Below are positions 27,101 through 35,801 of a stretch of DNA of 46,116 bases, piece after piece. The notes beneath the pieces are model-generated. The model was given only the letters and a program-made list of their open reading frames with translations. It was not told the DNA's origin and searched no databases. A program made the translations under genes and the position numbers. The stretch lies in the NCBI GenBank assembly GCA_001818235.1, contig MHJY01000022.1, forward strand, positions 1 to 46,116, in the 5' to 3' direction. The number at the start of each line of letters is the position of its first letter. Positions within the stretch are counted from its first letter, which is position 1. The DNA is from Candidatus Jacksonbacteria bacterium RIFOXYB2_FULL_44_15. Lineage in GTDB: Bacteria; Patescibacteriota; Patescibacteriia; UBA9629.

Positions 27101-30100
27101 TGCCGACGAAGACACTTCCAATTTACAAATTTTTGATAACGATACCGCCACGCCAACTGTCGGGGTCTTCGAATTTTTGAATGGTAAAATAACCGTCGGT
27201 GAAGGTTCGGCCAACTATAATATTCCGATTACCGTGGTTCGGCGCAACGGGCGAGCTGGCGCGGTAAATTTGCAATATGATGTTACTACCGGCACAACTG
27301 CTTCGGCGACCCGCGATTATAATTTAGCTCTACCTCTCCCTGGCACGCTAAACTTTTTTAACGGCGAGTCAATCAAATCATTTAACTTAACGTTATTGCC
27401 GGATGCGTTGCCTGAGTCTTTACTTACGCTCAAAATTAAACTGTCCGATAAATTTGCCAATATTTGGCAGAGCGTCAAAGTATTCCCGCGGCCGATTATC
27501 GAATCCCTCATTCAAACTTCAAACGGCGATCTTTTCGCCGGAATTCAAGGCGGCGGTGGCGGCGCAATTTGGAAGAGTACTGATGGCGGCGTGACTTGGG
27601 CAGTAGCAGGATATAATTCAGCCACCATACCGGTCTTTACTTTGCTTAGCACCCGGGTTGGCGACGCCGTTTATGCTGGCACCTCTCAAGGAATTTATAA
27701 AACTATCGATGCCGGAGCGAACTGGGTGCTGGTCGGCCTTACTGGCCAGAGAGTTGACGCGCTTTTGGAGGGAATTGATGGTGCCATTTATGCCGGATCA
27801 CCGACGGGCAAGGTATCACGCAGTTATGATCAAGGTTACACTTGGATCGAGGTGGCGCAATTAATTGGCATGGCTGGCCCGGTTGGCGCGGTGAACGTTT
27901 TAAAGCAAAACAGCGACGGAACGATTTATGCCGGCACCTCAGGCCGGGCCGAAGTTTTTAAATCAACTGACAGCGGCAATAACTGGACTAATTTGGGCAG
28001 TTTGACCGGCGGTGTCCCCGGTCAAGTGGTTTCGCTTTACTTAGATGGTGGGCAAACGATTTATGCCGGGGTTGGCTCGAATGGACAAATTTTTAAATCA
28101 ACTAACGGTGGAACTAGCTGGATTAATAAATTATCGCTGGGAGTTGGCACGGGAAATGTTGCGGCCATAATCAAAAGTTCGAGTGGCGCCATCTACGCGA
28201 CTCTTTCCGGGGTTGGCGGGAAAGTGTTAAAGACACTGGATGGTGGCAATACCTGGTCCCCGACCGGAGCTCTGACCGGGCCTCCACTTTCTGCCCCGAG
28301 TTTACTTTATACTAAAGCCGGCGAAATTTTTGTCGGCACTGGCGTCGGTGGCGAACTCTTTAAAACTTCAGAACCGCGTTTAGGAACTAACAAAGTTGTC
28401 AACATTAATATTTTGGACGACGGTGATGGTTTAGCGCCATCATCCGGCACTTTTGTTTTTACCGGACAGACTTTTCTCGGGCAGGAAGAAGAGGGGATTC
28501 CGACGATTGCCCGGCTCTCGGTTGCCCGAGTCGGTGGCTCGAACGGTACAGCGACGGTTGATTATACGCTTTTTGGCGGCAGTGCGACGCCGGATAAAGA
28601 TTATCAGAAAGCGACCTTAGCTCAGGATATGAGTAATTTTACGGTTGATCAGTGGACTTATGATGCCAAAAATTTAACCGGTATCGGTTTGCCGGCCGCC
28701 AACTCGCGCGAATTTAAATTTAAGCGCAACGGTAATTTTATCGGCAGCACCGCCATCAAGGTCAAAGTTGGAAATCTCACTGATACATATCAGCTGCCGG
28801 TAATCGATCCGGCGATGATGGAAATAGTCGATCAAAGCCCGCATCAAACAACTAATGTTTGCGCCAACTCAAGCATCAGCCTGCGGTTTAATCAAGCGCC
28901 AGACACAGCCAGTTTAACTTATAACATCCGCCTTTACAGTCCGACTGCGCCGTGCAGTCCAACCTGGTATCTGGCCCGGGCTGACCTGGATTCGCACATG
29001 CCTGGTAATTGGTTTTTTCGTTTAGTCCAACGGGTCAAAGGATTTTTCAGCAATTTATTTAACCGATTTATTGCCCGGGCAATGTTGCCGTCGCCGTTAT
29101 GTTCCGTGCCTTTCGATGTAAAACAGTCCGGTTCTGTGGTTAACGTGATCCCGCGGCAATTTTTAAAGCCGGACACTAATTATCAATTAGTAGTGATGGC
29201 TGATACGACTTCCACGGCTGGAATAATCGAAGGCGTTAAGTGGCAATATGCCGGACAAGACATCGGACTGGATACTAATTTTTGCGGGGCGTCATTCACC
29301 GGTGATTTGTGGGACATGGATGGCAATCTGGCGACCTTAAACGACGATCAACGCGTTTGCACGTTTGCGTTTAAGACTCAGCTTGGATATCAAAGCAAAA
29401 CTGATAGTGATCCTGGTCCGCCGCCGCCACCACCATATCCCAAAAACGAAGTCTGGCGCGTTGGCATTCCAGCAGGTTTGATTGGCCAAACCTTAACCAT
29501 CATTGACGCCGATTACAATAAAGCCAATATCGGGCAGACGCGGATAGTCGTTGCTTATTTGGCTGGCGGCGTTGGGGTACAAGTCAACACTGATTTTCCC
29601 TTGCCAGTAATGGAAAATACCGAGTTCGTCATCAATAACAACGGTTTGTGTAAATTAGATCACGTCGACGTTATCCATAATCAAGGCCTGCCTGGTAGCG
29701 ATCTGATACTCTACGATGCCACAAACAGTTGGGATATTTGGGCGCAAGGATTTTCCGGGCCAGTCGGCAATTATTCACAGCCAATTAATCCGATGGCCAG
29801 CTACACTTGGGGATTTGGCGATTGGGGCATTACGCCTGGCGCGCCTTTATCAAACATTATCAAGCTGGGTGATTTAGGGGATGTTGATGATCCAATTTTG
29901 CTTGATTATGCCGCGACAACAACCGCTCAGCTGGTGGATGTAAATTTATTGCCTGATCCGGCTGGCGATTTGCACGCTGGTGCGGTTTCAGTTGCTCCGG
30001 CTAGTTTTTCCTTTGGCTGGAATCAAATGAAGACTGATCCCAGTAGCGTTACGCGCCGGCCGCTTTTGATTAAAGTTACGCCGTGCTATCTGGCAGAAGG

Positions 30101-31730
30101 CGCGACCCCTGGTTATTTGGTTTGGCAATTTGATGATTCTTCCACTAATCTTGGTTTGCCGGCATCGCTTTCTGCTGGCTGGGTAAATTATGAATTTGCC
30201 TATTGCCGTAAAACCGCCGACAACCAGCCGCGTCTGCCTTTGTTGATTCCCCAGCCGGTGCCGGTCCAAAAGTACTCGGCTCGGGATGTATTACGTGAAT
30301 ATTTTTTCTATTATAAAAATCGAGCGCTTGATGGAGCTGATGTTTTCCTGGTGCGGATTTTTCCGGCAGCCAACTATTTTATCGCTAAAGAGGGTCAATC
30401 AGCTTTGGAGCGCTGGTATAATGATCACGAAGCTAGCTGGTTTGGCGAAGCCAAAGGCACGTTTAGCATGCGCCCAACGATTGATGGTTACGAGGCTGGC
30501 CAAGTTTCGAAAGACGGCCAAGTAAACGCGGTTTATGTTCATGCTTTAAATATTAATAATCCGGCTCTTTTAGGTAATGCCAAAGTTTACAGCAATGTTT
30601 ACGTGCTGGCGATTAACGAGAATGCCAGTAACGCGACGCGGAAAATTTTTGAACAGATGATAAATAATTGGCGCTTCAACATCAATATTGTTGATGGTGC
30701 CGGAGCGCGCGACATGGCGGCCATCGAAAGTTTCCGCAATGATTCTCTGCGCATCCAGGACTGGAGTTCGCTCGCTGATCGGCTGGAAGATTATCGAGCC
30801 TTGCGCGGGACGTTCCCCACCTTGCCGGATTCGCGGGTGGCGCGAACTGCAGTCAGCGTCTGGGGACAGGAATGGCGTTTGCCTTTTCCTGATCGCGATG
30901 TGAGTTTGGTTGCCGCTTTGGGCGGAGCGTTGCCGCTTGATCCGTTGGACGAAGAACGGACTGCCGGGCAGACCATCAATCAGCTTAATCAAGAAATGCA
31001 AAGCCAGTGCATTGATTGTGGTTTGTATCCAACTGGCGAATTATGCAATGTTCATAAAAATTGTTTTTGGACCGGCGCGGTTTGTCAGGAAAGTGGTGCG
31101 ATGTACCAATGCTTATGGGGTAACCCGGTAGCGTCTCCAGTTGTCTCTGGTTTTTCGATCGAGAATTGTTTAAGTCCGCTTGATGGCGTCACCGGTACCG
31201 CTAATTTAAAAGCGATCGGCTTAGGATATGGAGTTAAAAGCGCGACCGGTTTATTTAATCTTAACACTTTGGACGTGAACGAGTTGTTCGCTTGTTGGGA
31301 CGAGGAGGCGACTTTGAATCGCGGAGAATATTATTGTCGCGCCCCTGGTTCGCCGGTTTACCAATATCAGGCCGCAACGTTTGGCGAAACATTTACAATG
31401 TATGGCAACATGGAGTATACTTTAGGAAGTGCGGCTGGAAAAATTTGGTGCAATGCATGGACTAACAGTTTGGATTGCACTGCTTGGAGCGGAGGCGTGG
31501 CCAGTTTTTGCAAATGGAATGCAGTTGCTGTCCCGCCCCGTTGCGAAGTCAAAGTAGTAGCACAGCCTTATTGCGCCAGCGGCAAGTGCGCGGGATTAAA
31601 ACCGATGGCAGTGTGTGCGGCTGTCCCGGGTTGCGATTGGGTTACAAATCCGCTACCACTAGGTCCGCGTTGCGAAGGCCGCAACCCTGCCGTCAAAGCA
31701 CCGGCTTATAATATTATGTATAAACCTTAA
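21198..31730 (+). CDS. Giant (~3500 aa) pilin-anchored adhesin-like surface protein
   Basis: N-terminal signal/TM, then VirB2/TrbC-like pilin hairpin (IIYGGVLWMLSRGEADKVTKAKK), Big/IPT-like repeats, LamG (WDGRIDDLRIY), Calx-beta, Asp-box propeller (KSTDGGVTW repeats) and Cys-rich C-terminus. Exact start uncertain. Confidence 0.88.
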   Translation: MLRMSWYCPVAVKANFCRWMAKMRSVAKPNSKKKLKAIEQAVGFCVGIFIVLGLFLFGGYQSNVALAQQPEALLHQACGDQANKIPCQEGLVCVDGQCLGWIGSKVASSDDCAPPLVYNKNISSCAVDFGAEIASEPGLGREASDIRDNIRRFLSIALGFAGFGAVIMIIYGGVLWMLSRGEADKVTKAKKTVIWSSLGLLIILISWTISSYVLNLFFKMNAGYLGPGNEDITSPFPVSALEYKFRVENVISAREPQVPIPPINDKLYRCTSLESVFNSYLERSNFVAASDGAGLNRLKLVKDNGGPLPGWPEVSWPTDVNEGKSVWQLLGQDILFQHFLPADVKPASKDDYLFEANKKYAIMFPRKVLSDEDSNFLNDCVASAGCQILSADQIAWEFTVGDKLDEASPELTFASPHYDKAYYEASLPPSRPPIISTDVAQRPTMHFYFSEPVLSTSLVVMDAATTTHGYVATEMPTHTAGLFHPATSTFSLYEIDTPTPSQREDPATTTLTLLDWDPASAPIDPVPNIQFAAFLTNDNQHLQLEGISPHNRFLLKNNKWYRLELSGIKDLCGNDLQPTTATWLFQVNGLAPGLFPTPVDGQEKVCPDIDVGVLSSVELNDPITGGCEVPPQVPPGYVSSGTLDWTSAATDHAHLLGLPAASWTAHIPTVPPGRTLKRVTPTCSIFEFRPTADPLRYDSWYRAQVQTSYPLPQPATTTMRQTWFFKTATQDEVERGECILPPIIDDVLPWNGIEGDCVSIVGRHFLPSYSPATPTAPAGAYITPAASDDASLYIPPNAPAARFDKIGVWKDNLITAMIPSLPLLPLPGFTKFPTVPSDQAEHPVRVVLKPPSGLWVLSREHPFRANDSLAPASGPCLLSVDPSDGHRGEMETLRGERFQTATATVLQNILYSVATVASVDDSLWASNQIITSVPLKESIYFPPAAPPTVLVQVQNDSGLSNPVPITIPVLTDIAWFNRLACSANLRTSPNPRPLATSACLTGVKGSGPKGLDAPYDFSDARLNVFLELTAATQDFKFLYGSKFLQSNYYSLEQCKAGDPLPCAPPPNSVVMPLPENGVSESNIRAATHTAVNLMFSNKSYPPQPERAYWPLDEGLGLETADESKNSSNKGIINGADWKGLVDCKVGKCLEFVLANSDYVAVGTGPIADGLAEFTLSSWVYVPALTPGAHVLFAKDKVISVGRSGGQLSAQLGDGSNYLFSSVALGAVPAGAWTHLAWVMEPSALRLRAYVDGVVAGVMPIPATMTLGWANVDNTIGNLKGTASYWDGRIDDLRIYRNVRTPAEIAADARGPILTFDRVYNFKMFDSDPSVLPPGAILDDRFNSLPAKFDSASIWFKTITPADFSAGLCDKVDDVMMSLTPNVIHYPTYSWGSAEGVNYQCQWLPETSFNWSTTPAIPPSPDPVTAVGAEQFIQLPLGFGATSSLIQIHPKDSYLTTATAGILATAIVGTLPLPAASAPLTIYSHDFCLSDDDCDYYSPACTSTCNLANHRCNPRVKTASPNLADTEDWVSVFGCYFGQYRVGSNLPDGKLELEIPTGTMTLASFNFPLQCPGTWSDDQIIAIVPPLPQTGKVRNILVTTNKDFGNLSSTPTFSGFMAGATITHPLLCGITPTAGGINDPITLLGQDFDTDPGVEFAAFSLIEDFSAATQIAAYTLPPAPQAATSTVALGVGNGINYVEAVDGPRVSNPLRFNVESGEAPQIRRYDPTTNSTLPCKNQSEAYCHLLGADQQSAQTIRLEFNKPLATLPPVVTNPPCTYIKLLADDDLEDGLPPVLVPINCTYTSGATYIEFKPVAGFLLIGAQQYQVVIDAPQIKDNQGRSLNCGVAPQVGTFCQWPFVLTGGIAYIDLVPHSTRPSVAAGDPVATDEPFSGEPAQDGIMYTRNYLDFRQDLTEYFMVKAWRYLPNKLTFNAGDVYKTFDVTIFDDASAENTEDLSFALSNPTSYAKIDADEDTSNLQIFDNDTATPTVGVFEFLNGKITVGEGSANYNIPITVVRRNGRAGAVNLQYDVTTGTTASATRDYNLALPLPGTLNFFNGESIKSFNLTLLPDALPESLLTLKIKLSDKFANIWQSVKVFPRPIIESLIQTSNGDLFAGIQGGGGGAIWKSTDGGVTWAVAGYNSATIPVFTLLSTRVGDAVYAGTSQGIYKTIDAGANWVLVGLTGQRVDALLEGIDGAIYAGSPTGKVSRSYDQGYTWIEVAQLIGMAGPVGAVNVLKQNSDGTIYAGTSGRAEVFKSTDSGNNWTNLGSLTGGVPGQVVSLYLDGGQTIYAGVGSNGQIFKSTNGGTSWINKLSLGVGTGNVAAIIKSSSGAIYATLSGVGGKVLKTLDGGNTWSPTGALTGPPLSAPSLLYTKAGEIFVGTGVGGELFKTSEPRLGTNKVVNINILDDGDGLAPSSGTFVFTGQTFLGQEEEGIPTIARLSVARVGGSNGTATVDYTLFGGSATPDKDYQKATLAQDMSNFTVDQWTYDAKNLTGIGLPAANSREFKFKRNGNFIGSTAIKVKVGNLTDTYQLPVIDPAMMEIVDQSPHQTTNVCANSSISLRFNQAPDTASLTYNIRLYSPTAPCSPTWYLARADLDSHMPGNWFFRLVQRVKGFFSNLFNRFIARAMLPSPLCSVPFDVKQSGSVVNVIPRQFLKPDTNYQLVVMADTTSTAGIIEGVKWQYAGQDIGLDTNFCGASFTGDLWDMDGNLATLNDDQRVCTFAFKTQLGYQSKTDSDPGPPPPPPYPKNEVWRVGIPAGLIGQTLTIIDADYNKANIGQTRIVVAYLAGGVGVQVNTDFPLPVMENTEFVINNNGLCKLDHVDVIHNQGLPGSDLILYDATNSWDIWAQGFSGPVGNYSQPINPMASYTWGFGDWGITPGAPLSNIIKLGDLGDVDDPILLDYAATTTAQLVDVNLLPDPAGDLHAGAVSVAPASFSFGWNQMKTDPSSVTRRPLLIKVTPCYLAEGATPGYLVWQFDDSSTNLGLPASLSAGWVNYEFAYCRKTADNQPRLPLLIPQPVPVQKYSARDVLREYFFYYKNRALDGADVFLVRIFPAANYFIAKEGQSALERWYNDHEASWFGEAKGTFSMRPTIDGYEAGQVSKDGQVNAVYVHALNINNPALLGNAKVYSNVYVLAINENASNATRKIFEQMINNWRFNINIVDGAGARDMAAIESFRNDSLRIQDWSSLADRLEDYRALRGTFPTLPDSRVARTAVSVWGQEWRLPFPDRDVSLVAALGGALPLDPLDEERTAGQTINQLNQEMQSQCIDCGLYPTGELCNVHKNCFWTGAVCQESGAMYQCLWGNPVASPVVSGFSIENCLSPLDGVTGTANLKAIGLGYGVKSATGLFNLNTLDVNELFACWDEEATLNRGEYYCRAPGSPVYQYQAATFGETFTMYGNMEYTLGSAAGKIWCNAWTNSLDCTAWSGGVASFCKWNAVAVPPRCEVKVVAQPYCASGKCAGLKPMAVCAAVPGCDWVTNPLPLGPRCEGRNPAVKAPAYNIMYKP

Positions 31731-31739
31731 AGAACGTCT

Positions 31740-31858
31740 GTATAAAGTATTAAGTATCATGTATAAAGTATACTAAAGATGGCGTCAATAAAATTGATAA
31801 TTTAGATACTACATACTTTATACTTTATTCTTAATTCATTATTCTTTATACTTAATTC
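31740..31858. repeat. Heptamer-periodic inverted repeat element
   Basis: Left arm GTATAAA GTATTAA GTATCAT GTATAAA; right arm TAGATAC TACATAC TTTATAC TTTATTC TTAATTC ATTATTC TTTATAC TTAATTC (complementary units). Confidence 0.8.
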
Positions 31859-31904
31859 AATGCCAGCTACCTCACTTTAGGAGGGAGTAGGCAATTTTTA
31901 AACC

Positions 31905-33338
31905 ATGTTTGATGATCCTAAGTCGACTCCTCAGCCGATAAAGCCAGTTGGTCAGCCCGCGGGTGGCCAGCCAGCGGCTGATCACCCTTTGGGTGGTAGG
32001 CCATCTTACAATGTCGTGCCCCAGGCACCCATGTCGGCGCCACGCCCGGTACAACCGGTGATTACTCGGGCGCCAAATTATCCGCCAAGCGTTCCTCCAG
32101 CCGCTACTCCAGTGGAAGAACCGATGAGAGTGGTACCGCTCGGTTCATTACCAGAAGATATTTTTGCTACTTCTTCGGATGACACTTCAACTATGTCGGC
32201 AATTCCGGCTTATGGATCAATACCTGCGGTGCCCCAAGGAGCGAGGCCTGATTTTCCGCGCCCGCCGGCACCGCTCAACCAGCCTTTGGTGCTAGATGAA
32301 AAAATTCGTCAAGGAGCAGGATTACTCGGCGGGGTCAATTTCGCCTCAACGCCGCCTACGTCTCCAGGCGGACCCCCTCCTGGTGCCGGACACCATCAAG
32401 GAAAACCAGTTGGTCCTCGAAGAAAGATGCTAGTTTTTATTTTAGCGGCTTTAATTATCGCTCTTATCGCCGTGGCCGGTTACTTGGTTTATCGGATAGT
32501 TATTGTCGGCGGTCTGGGTACAGGTGATCAGCCTGGCCGGCTTGATACAACTCCGCCAATCGAGGAACCGGTAGTGCCGGCGACAGATACCACTGGAATC
32601 GACGATACGCCAATCGCGACACCGGACGATACCAGTATAGTGCCGATTGATAATGGCGACGATGTCCAGCCCGCGACCGACGAAGGTACGGCGCCAGTTG
32701 CTTTAGACAGCGATAAGGACGGATTAACCGATGTCGAAGAATTGCAATTGGGAACAAATCCTAATGTTACAGACAGCGACAGCGATTCATTGGATGATTA
32801 TACCGAAGTTAAAGTTTATCTCACTGATCCTTTAAAAACCGATACTGACGCAGACTTGCTGGACGACGCCCAAGAAATTACAGTGTACAAAACCGATCCC
32901 ACAAAAACTGATACTGACGCTGACGGTTTGTCCGACTATGACGAAATTAACACATATAAAACTGATTCCATAAAGGCAGATACAGACGGCGATACAATCA
33001 ATGATGGGGCAGAAGTTACGGCCGGCACCGACCCCTTAAAAGCTGATACTGACGCCGATGGTTTGGATGATTATGTCGAAACGCAAACTTTTTTAACCGA
33101 TCCTTTAAAAACCGACACTGACGCTGATGGCTTGTCTGATTATGACGAGGCAAAAGTTCATATGACTAATCCTTTAAAAACCGATACCGATGATGACGGT
33201 CTAGATGATTATCAGGAAGTAAAAGTGTACGCTACGGATCCCAGTAAAGCAGATACTGACGGCGATGGCTATAGCGATGGCACAGAAGTGAGCGGAGGTT
33301 TTGATCCGCTGGGGCCGGGTAAACTTAAAAAGTCTTAG
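31905..33338 (+). CDS. Bitopic membrane protein: Pro-rich N-terminus, TM, nine Ca-binding DxDxDG (TSP3-like) repeats
   Basis: TM MLVFILAALIIALIAVAGYLVY after RRK; nine 22-23 aa units of the type DTDADGLDDYxE...TDPLKT at ~32706-33308. Confidence 0.85.
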   Translation: MFDDPKSTPQPIKPVGQPAGGQPAADHPLGGRPSYNVVPQAPMSAPRPVQPVITRAPNYPPSVPPAATPVEEPMRVVPLGSLPEDIFATSSDDTSTMSAIPAYGSIPAVPQGARPDFPRPPAPLNQPLVLDEKIRQGAGLLGGVNFASTPPTSPGGPPPGAGHHQGKPVGPRRKMLVFILAALIIALIAVAGYLVYRIVIVGGLGTGDQPGRLDTTPPIEEPVVPATDTTGIDDTPIATPDDTSIVPIDNGDDVQPATDEGTAPVALDSDKDGLTDVEELQLGTNPNVTDSDSDSLDDYTEVKVYLTDPLKTDTDADLLDDAQEITVYKTDPTKTDTDADGLSDYDEINTYKTDSIKADTDGDTINDGAEVTAGTDPLKADTDADGLDDYVETQTFLTDPLKTDTDADGLSDYDEAKVHMTNPLKTDTDDDGLDDYQEVKVYATDPSKADTDGDGYSDGTEVSGGFDPLGPGKLKKS

Positions 33339-33368
33339 TTTAATGTTTTTATAGCTTAACGAAAAAAT

Positions 33369-35399
33369 ATGTCCGAAGATAAATTATCATCGCTGGGTAG
33401 CGGTGGGGTACAAAATTTGTCCACAACACCCTTAAATCTTGGCCAGGAGAGCGGGTTAAAAAGTCCCGGTACTGGCGAAAATTTCGTTTCGTCCAATGAG
33501 CCGGGCGAAGCAATGGAGCATGATACTGAAAGGCCAATCGAAAAAGAGGTGGTGATTTATACAATGCCTAAGCAGTTTGTCGGGCTTAAGCCGAGTAAGA
33601 AGAAAGAGACTGGCGAGACGGTTAATGGGCAACAAGGTTTGATTCCGCCGCAACCTGGCGGTCCAGCGCCACTTCAACCGGTAGTTCCTAAACCGCCAAA
33701 AGTCCACAAGAAGTTTAATAAAAAAGCGATTTTAATACCGGTCGGCGTTATTTTGTTGCTGGCGGCGGCGGGCACTGGTTATTGGTATTATAAAAGTTTG
33801 CCTCAACCTAGTCCCGGAGCGATTGAGATTCCGGTGGTCGAAGAGCCTGCCCCAAATTTGGATGAGCCGGCAGTAGCAACGCCAGAAGTGCCGCCGCTCG
33901 TGGAAGCGACGCCAGAGACGCCGGTTTTAGTCGAGGATTTAATTCAGAAAGTGGCGGTTTCTTATGACAGCCAAGGCAACAAGATATCGGAAGCGGTTTT
34001 GACGCTCGAGAAAGAAGCGGCGGTGAATTATGATTTAATTACGATTTCCGAGTACGTTGCAGATGCCCATGAATCTTATTTTGCGACAATAGCCGGCCGG
34101 CCGTACGAAGTTCGCCTGCGCGGTGAGACGCCGCTTTCGACGGCCATTTTATCAATTACCTACACTGAGGACATCTTAAAAAATTTAGATTTAATACCGG
34201 CTGATTTGCGTATCGGCTACCTTAGTTTCGATAAATTGCAGGGCGATTTTTATCGCGAGGATGGAAAATTAATTTATGTGCCTTCAATAGAAAACATTGC
34301 CCCGGAAAGCACGGTCAACGAAGTTTTTCCAGCCACAGCCGAAGAAAATTTAGTTTTGGATGATTTGCTGGCCTTGGCGACTCCAGAATCCACCGAGGTT
34401 TTGCCGGTTACTGTGCCGGAGACAGAGGTCACGCCAGAAGTTATAGCCGGACAACCCGTGGAAATTTGGGAAATTCTTAAAGCCAAGGACTTAGACGATA
34501 AAGTCGCAAATTCCATCACCTCGGTTTTAGAAACCGGCGTCCGAGAAGGGATTTTCGCCGTAGTCCCAATAAACGTTAATGATTTAATTGAGCTTTCAGC
34601 ACCGCCCGTAATCGAACCCCCGGATATTCCGGAAGTTAAGGAAGTGATACCGGCGGTTGATAGCGATCAGGATTTATTAACCGATTCTGAAGAGCTTTTA
34701 TACGGCACTAATCCTTTACTTCCGGACAGCGACGGCGACGGTTACAGCGACGGTAGCGAAGTTTTAAATTTATACAGCCCGGGTCGCGGCAAAGATGTGT
34801 CTTTGGAAGCGGATCATCAGTTCGCCCGCTGGAACAATTTGGATTACAATTATTCGATTTTGATTCCCGCAATCAATACGCCGCAAACACTTGATTCAAC
34901 GCGAGATGTTATCTTTAAAGCCAACGATCAGGAATCAATTTTGCTCAGCGTGCAGGAGAACGACAATTACTTGAATCTGAAAGATTGGTTGTTGTTGATT
35001 TCCCCGGAAATGGACGTTGAAAAACTTAAAGAAATCACCACCCGCAAAATGGGTTTTCAAGCGCTGGCGACCCCAGATGGAACCACTTACTATTTGGCGA
35101 TGCCCGGTAATCCTTTTGTTTACGTTTTTGCCTACACTTCCAAGAGTGAGTATACTTATTTAACGACCATTCGGATGATGGTGGAAAGTTTCGAATATCT
35201 TAAAGACAAATCGGATTTGCGTTATTGCGACGCATCGGCCGATTGCGTCATGGAGTATAATGTTCGGTACCGCAATAATTGCGAGCCCGGTTGTTATAAT
35301 AAAAGCGCCATTGCGGACGCCAGTTGCGCTTATCAGGGCAAACCTTTTGATTCGACGCTCTCGTGCAGTTGCGATAGCCGGAGTTGCGTTCTGCGTTAA
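33369..35399 (+). CDS. Bitopic membrane protein with acidic linker, DxDxDG Ca-binding motifs and Cys-rich C-terminal domain
   Basis: TM AILIPVGVILLLAAAGTGYWYY; DSDQDLLTD..GTNP..DSDGDGYSDG; eight Cys in the last ~60 aa. Confidence 0.8.
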   Translation: MSEDKLSSLGSGGVQNLSTTPLNLGQESGLKSPGTGENFVSSNEPGEAMEHDTERPIEKEVVIYTMPKQFVGLKPSKKKETGETVNGQQGLIPPQPGGPAPLQPVVPKPPKVHKKFNKKAILIPVGVILLLAAAGTGYWYYKSLPQPSPGAIEIPVVEEPAPNLDEPAVATPEVPPLVEATPETPVLVEDLIQKVAVSYDSQGNKISEAVLTLEKEAAVNYDLITISEYVADAHESYFATIAGRPYEVRLRGETPLSTAILSITYTEDILKNLDLIPADLRIGYLSFDKLQGDFYREDGKLIYVPSIENIAPESTVNEVFPATAEENLVLDDLLALATPESTEVLPVTVPETEVTPEVIAGQPVEIWEILKAKDLDDKVANSITSVLETGVREGIFAVVPINVNDLIELSAPPVIEPPDIPEVKEVIPAVDSDQDLLTDSEELLYGTNPLLPDSDGDGYSDGSEVLNLYSPGRGKDVSLEADHQFARWNNLDYNYSILIPAINTPQTLDSTRDVIFKANDQESILLSVQENDNYLNLKDWLLLISPEMDVEKLKEITTRKMGFQALATPDGTTYYLAMPGNPFVYVFAYTSKSEYTYLTTIRMMVESFEYLKDKSDLRYCDASADCVMEYNVRYRNNCEPGCYNKSAIADASCAYQGKPFDSTLSCSCDSRSCVLR

Positions 35400-35402
35400 C
35401 GG

Positions 35403-35801
35403 TTGGCCGTGGAATTATCAATCATCAACAAAACTAAATATCGTTTCCCGTCGGCGCCGTTTAAGCGGGCGTTATTGATCGGTCAGAAATTTTTAAAGTT
35501 GGCCGAAGGTGAATTGTCTTTAGCAGTAATTTCGCAGGTTGAGATAAAACGGATAAATCAATTGTACCGAGGCCAAGCTGAGCCGGCGACTGTGTTGTCT
35601 TTTGATTACGGAGAAATTGTTTTATGTCCTAGTTACATTAAAAAAAAATTTGGCGTGTCAGGGCCGGCGCTTCGCGATAAAATGGTCGTTTTGTTTATTC
35701 ACGGGTTGGTTCATCTGGGCGGCTGGGATCATCAAAACGACGCCCGAGCGAAAGCCATGAGCGCCATGGAGGAAAAAATTTTAAAAAGTTATTATGCGTG
35801 A
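35403..35801 (+). CDS. ybeY: rRNA maturation endoribonuclease YbeY
   Basis: INQLYRG..ATVLSF, GEIVLC, HGLVHLGGWDH (HxxxHxxxxxH); TTG start. Confidence 0.9.
   Translation: MAVELSIINKTKYRFPSAPFKRALLIGQKFLKLAEGELSLAVISQVEIKRINQLYRGQAEPATVLSFDYGEIVLCPSYIKKKFGVSGPALRDKMVVLFIHGLVHLGGWDHQNDARAKAMSAMEEKILKSYYA

Noticed and set aside
32706-33308. 66-69 nt periodic DNA repeats as CRISPR or DGR template/variable repeats
   Set aside because: They encode protein Ca-binding repeats with synonymous divergence; no adenine-specific pattern or reverse transcriptase.
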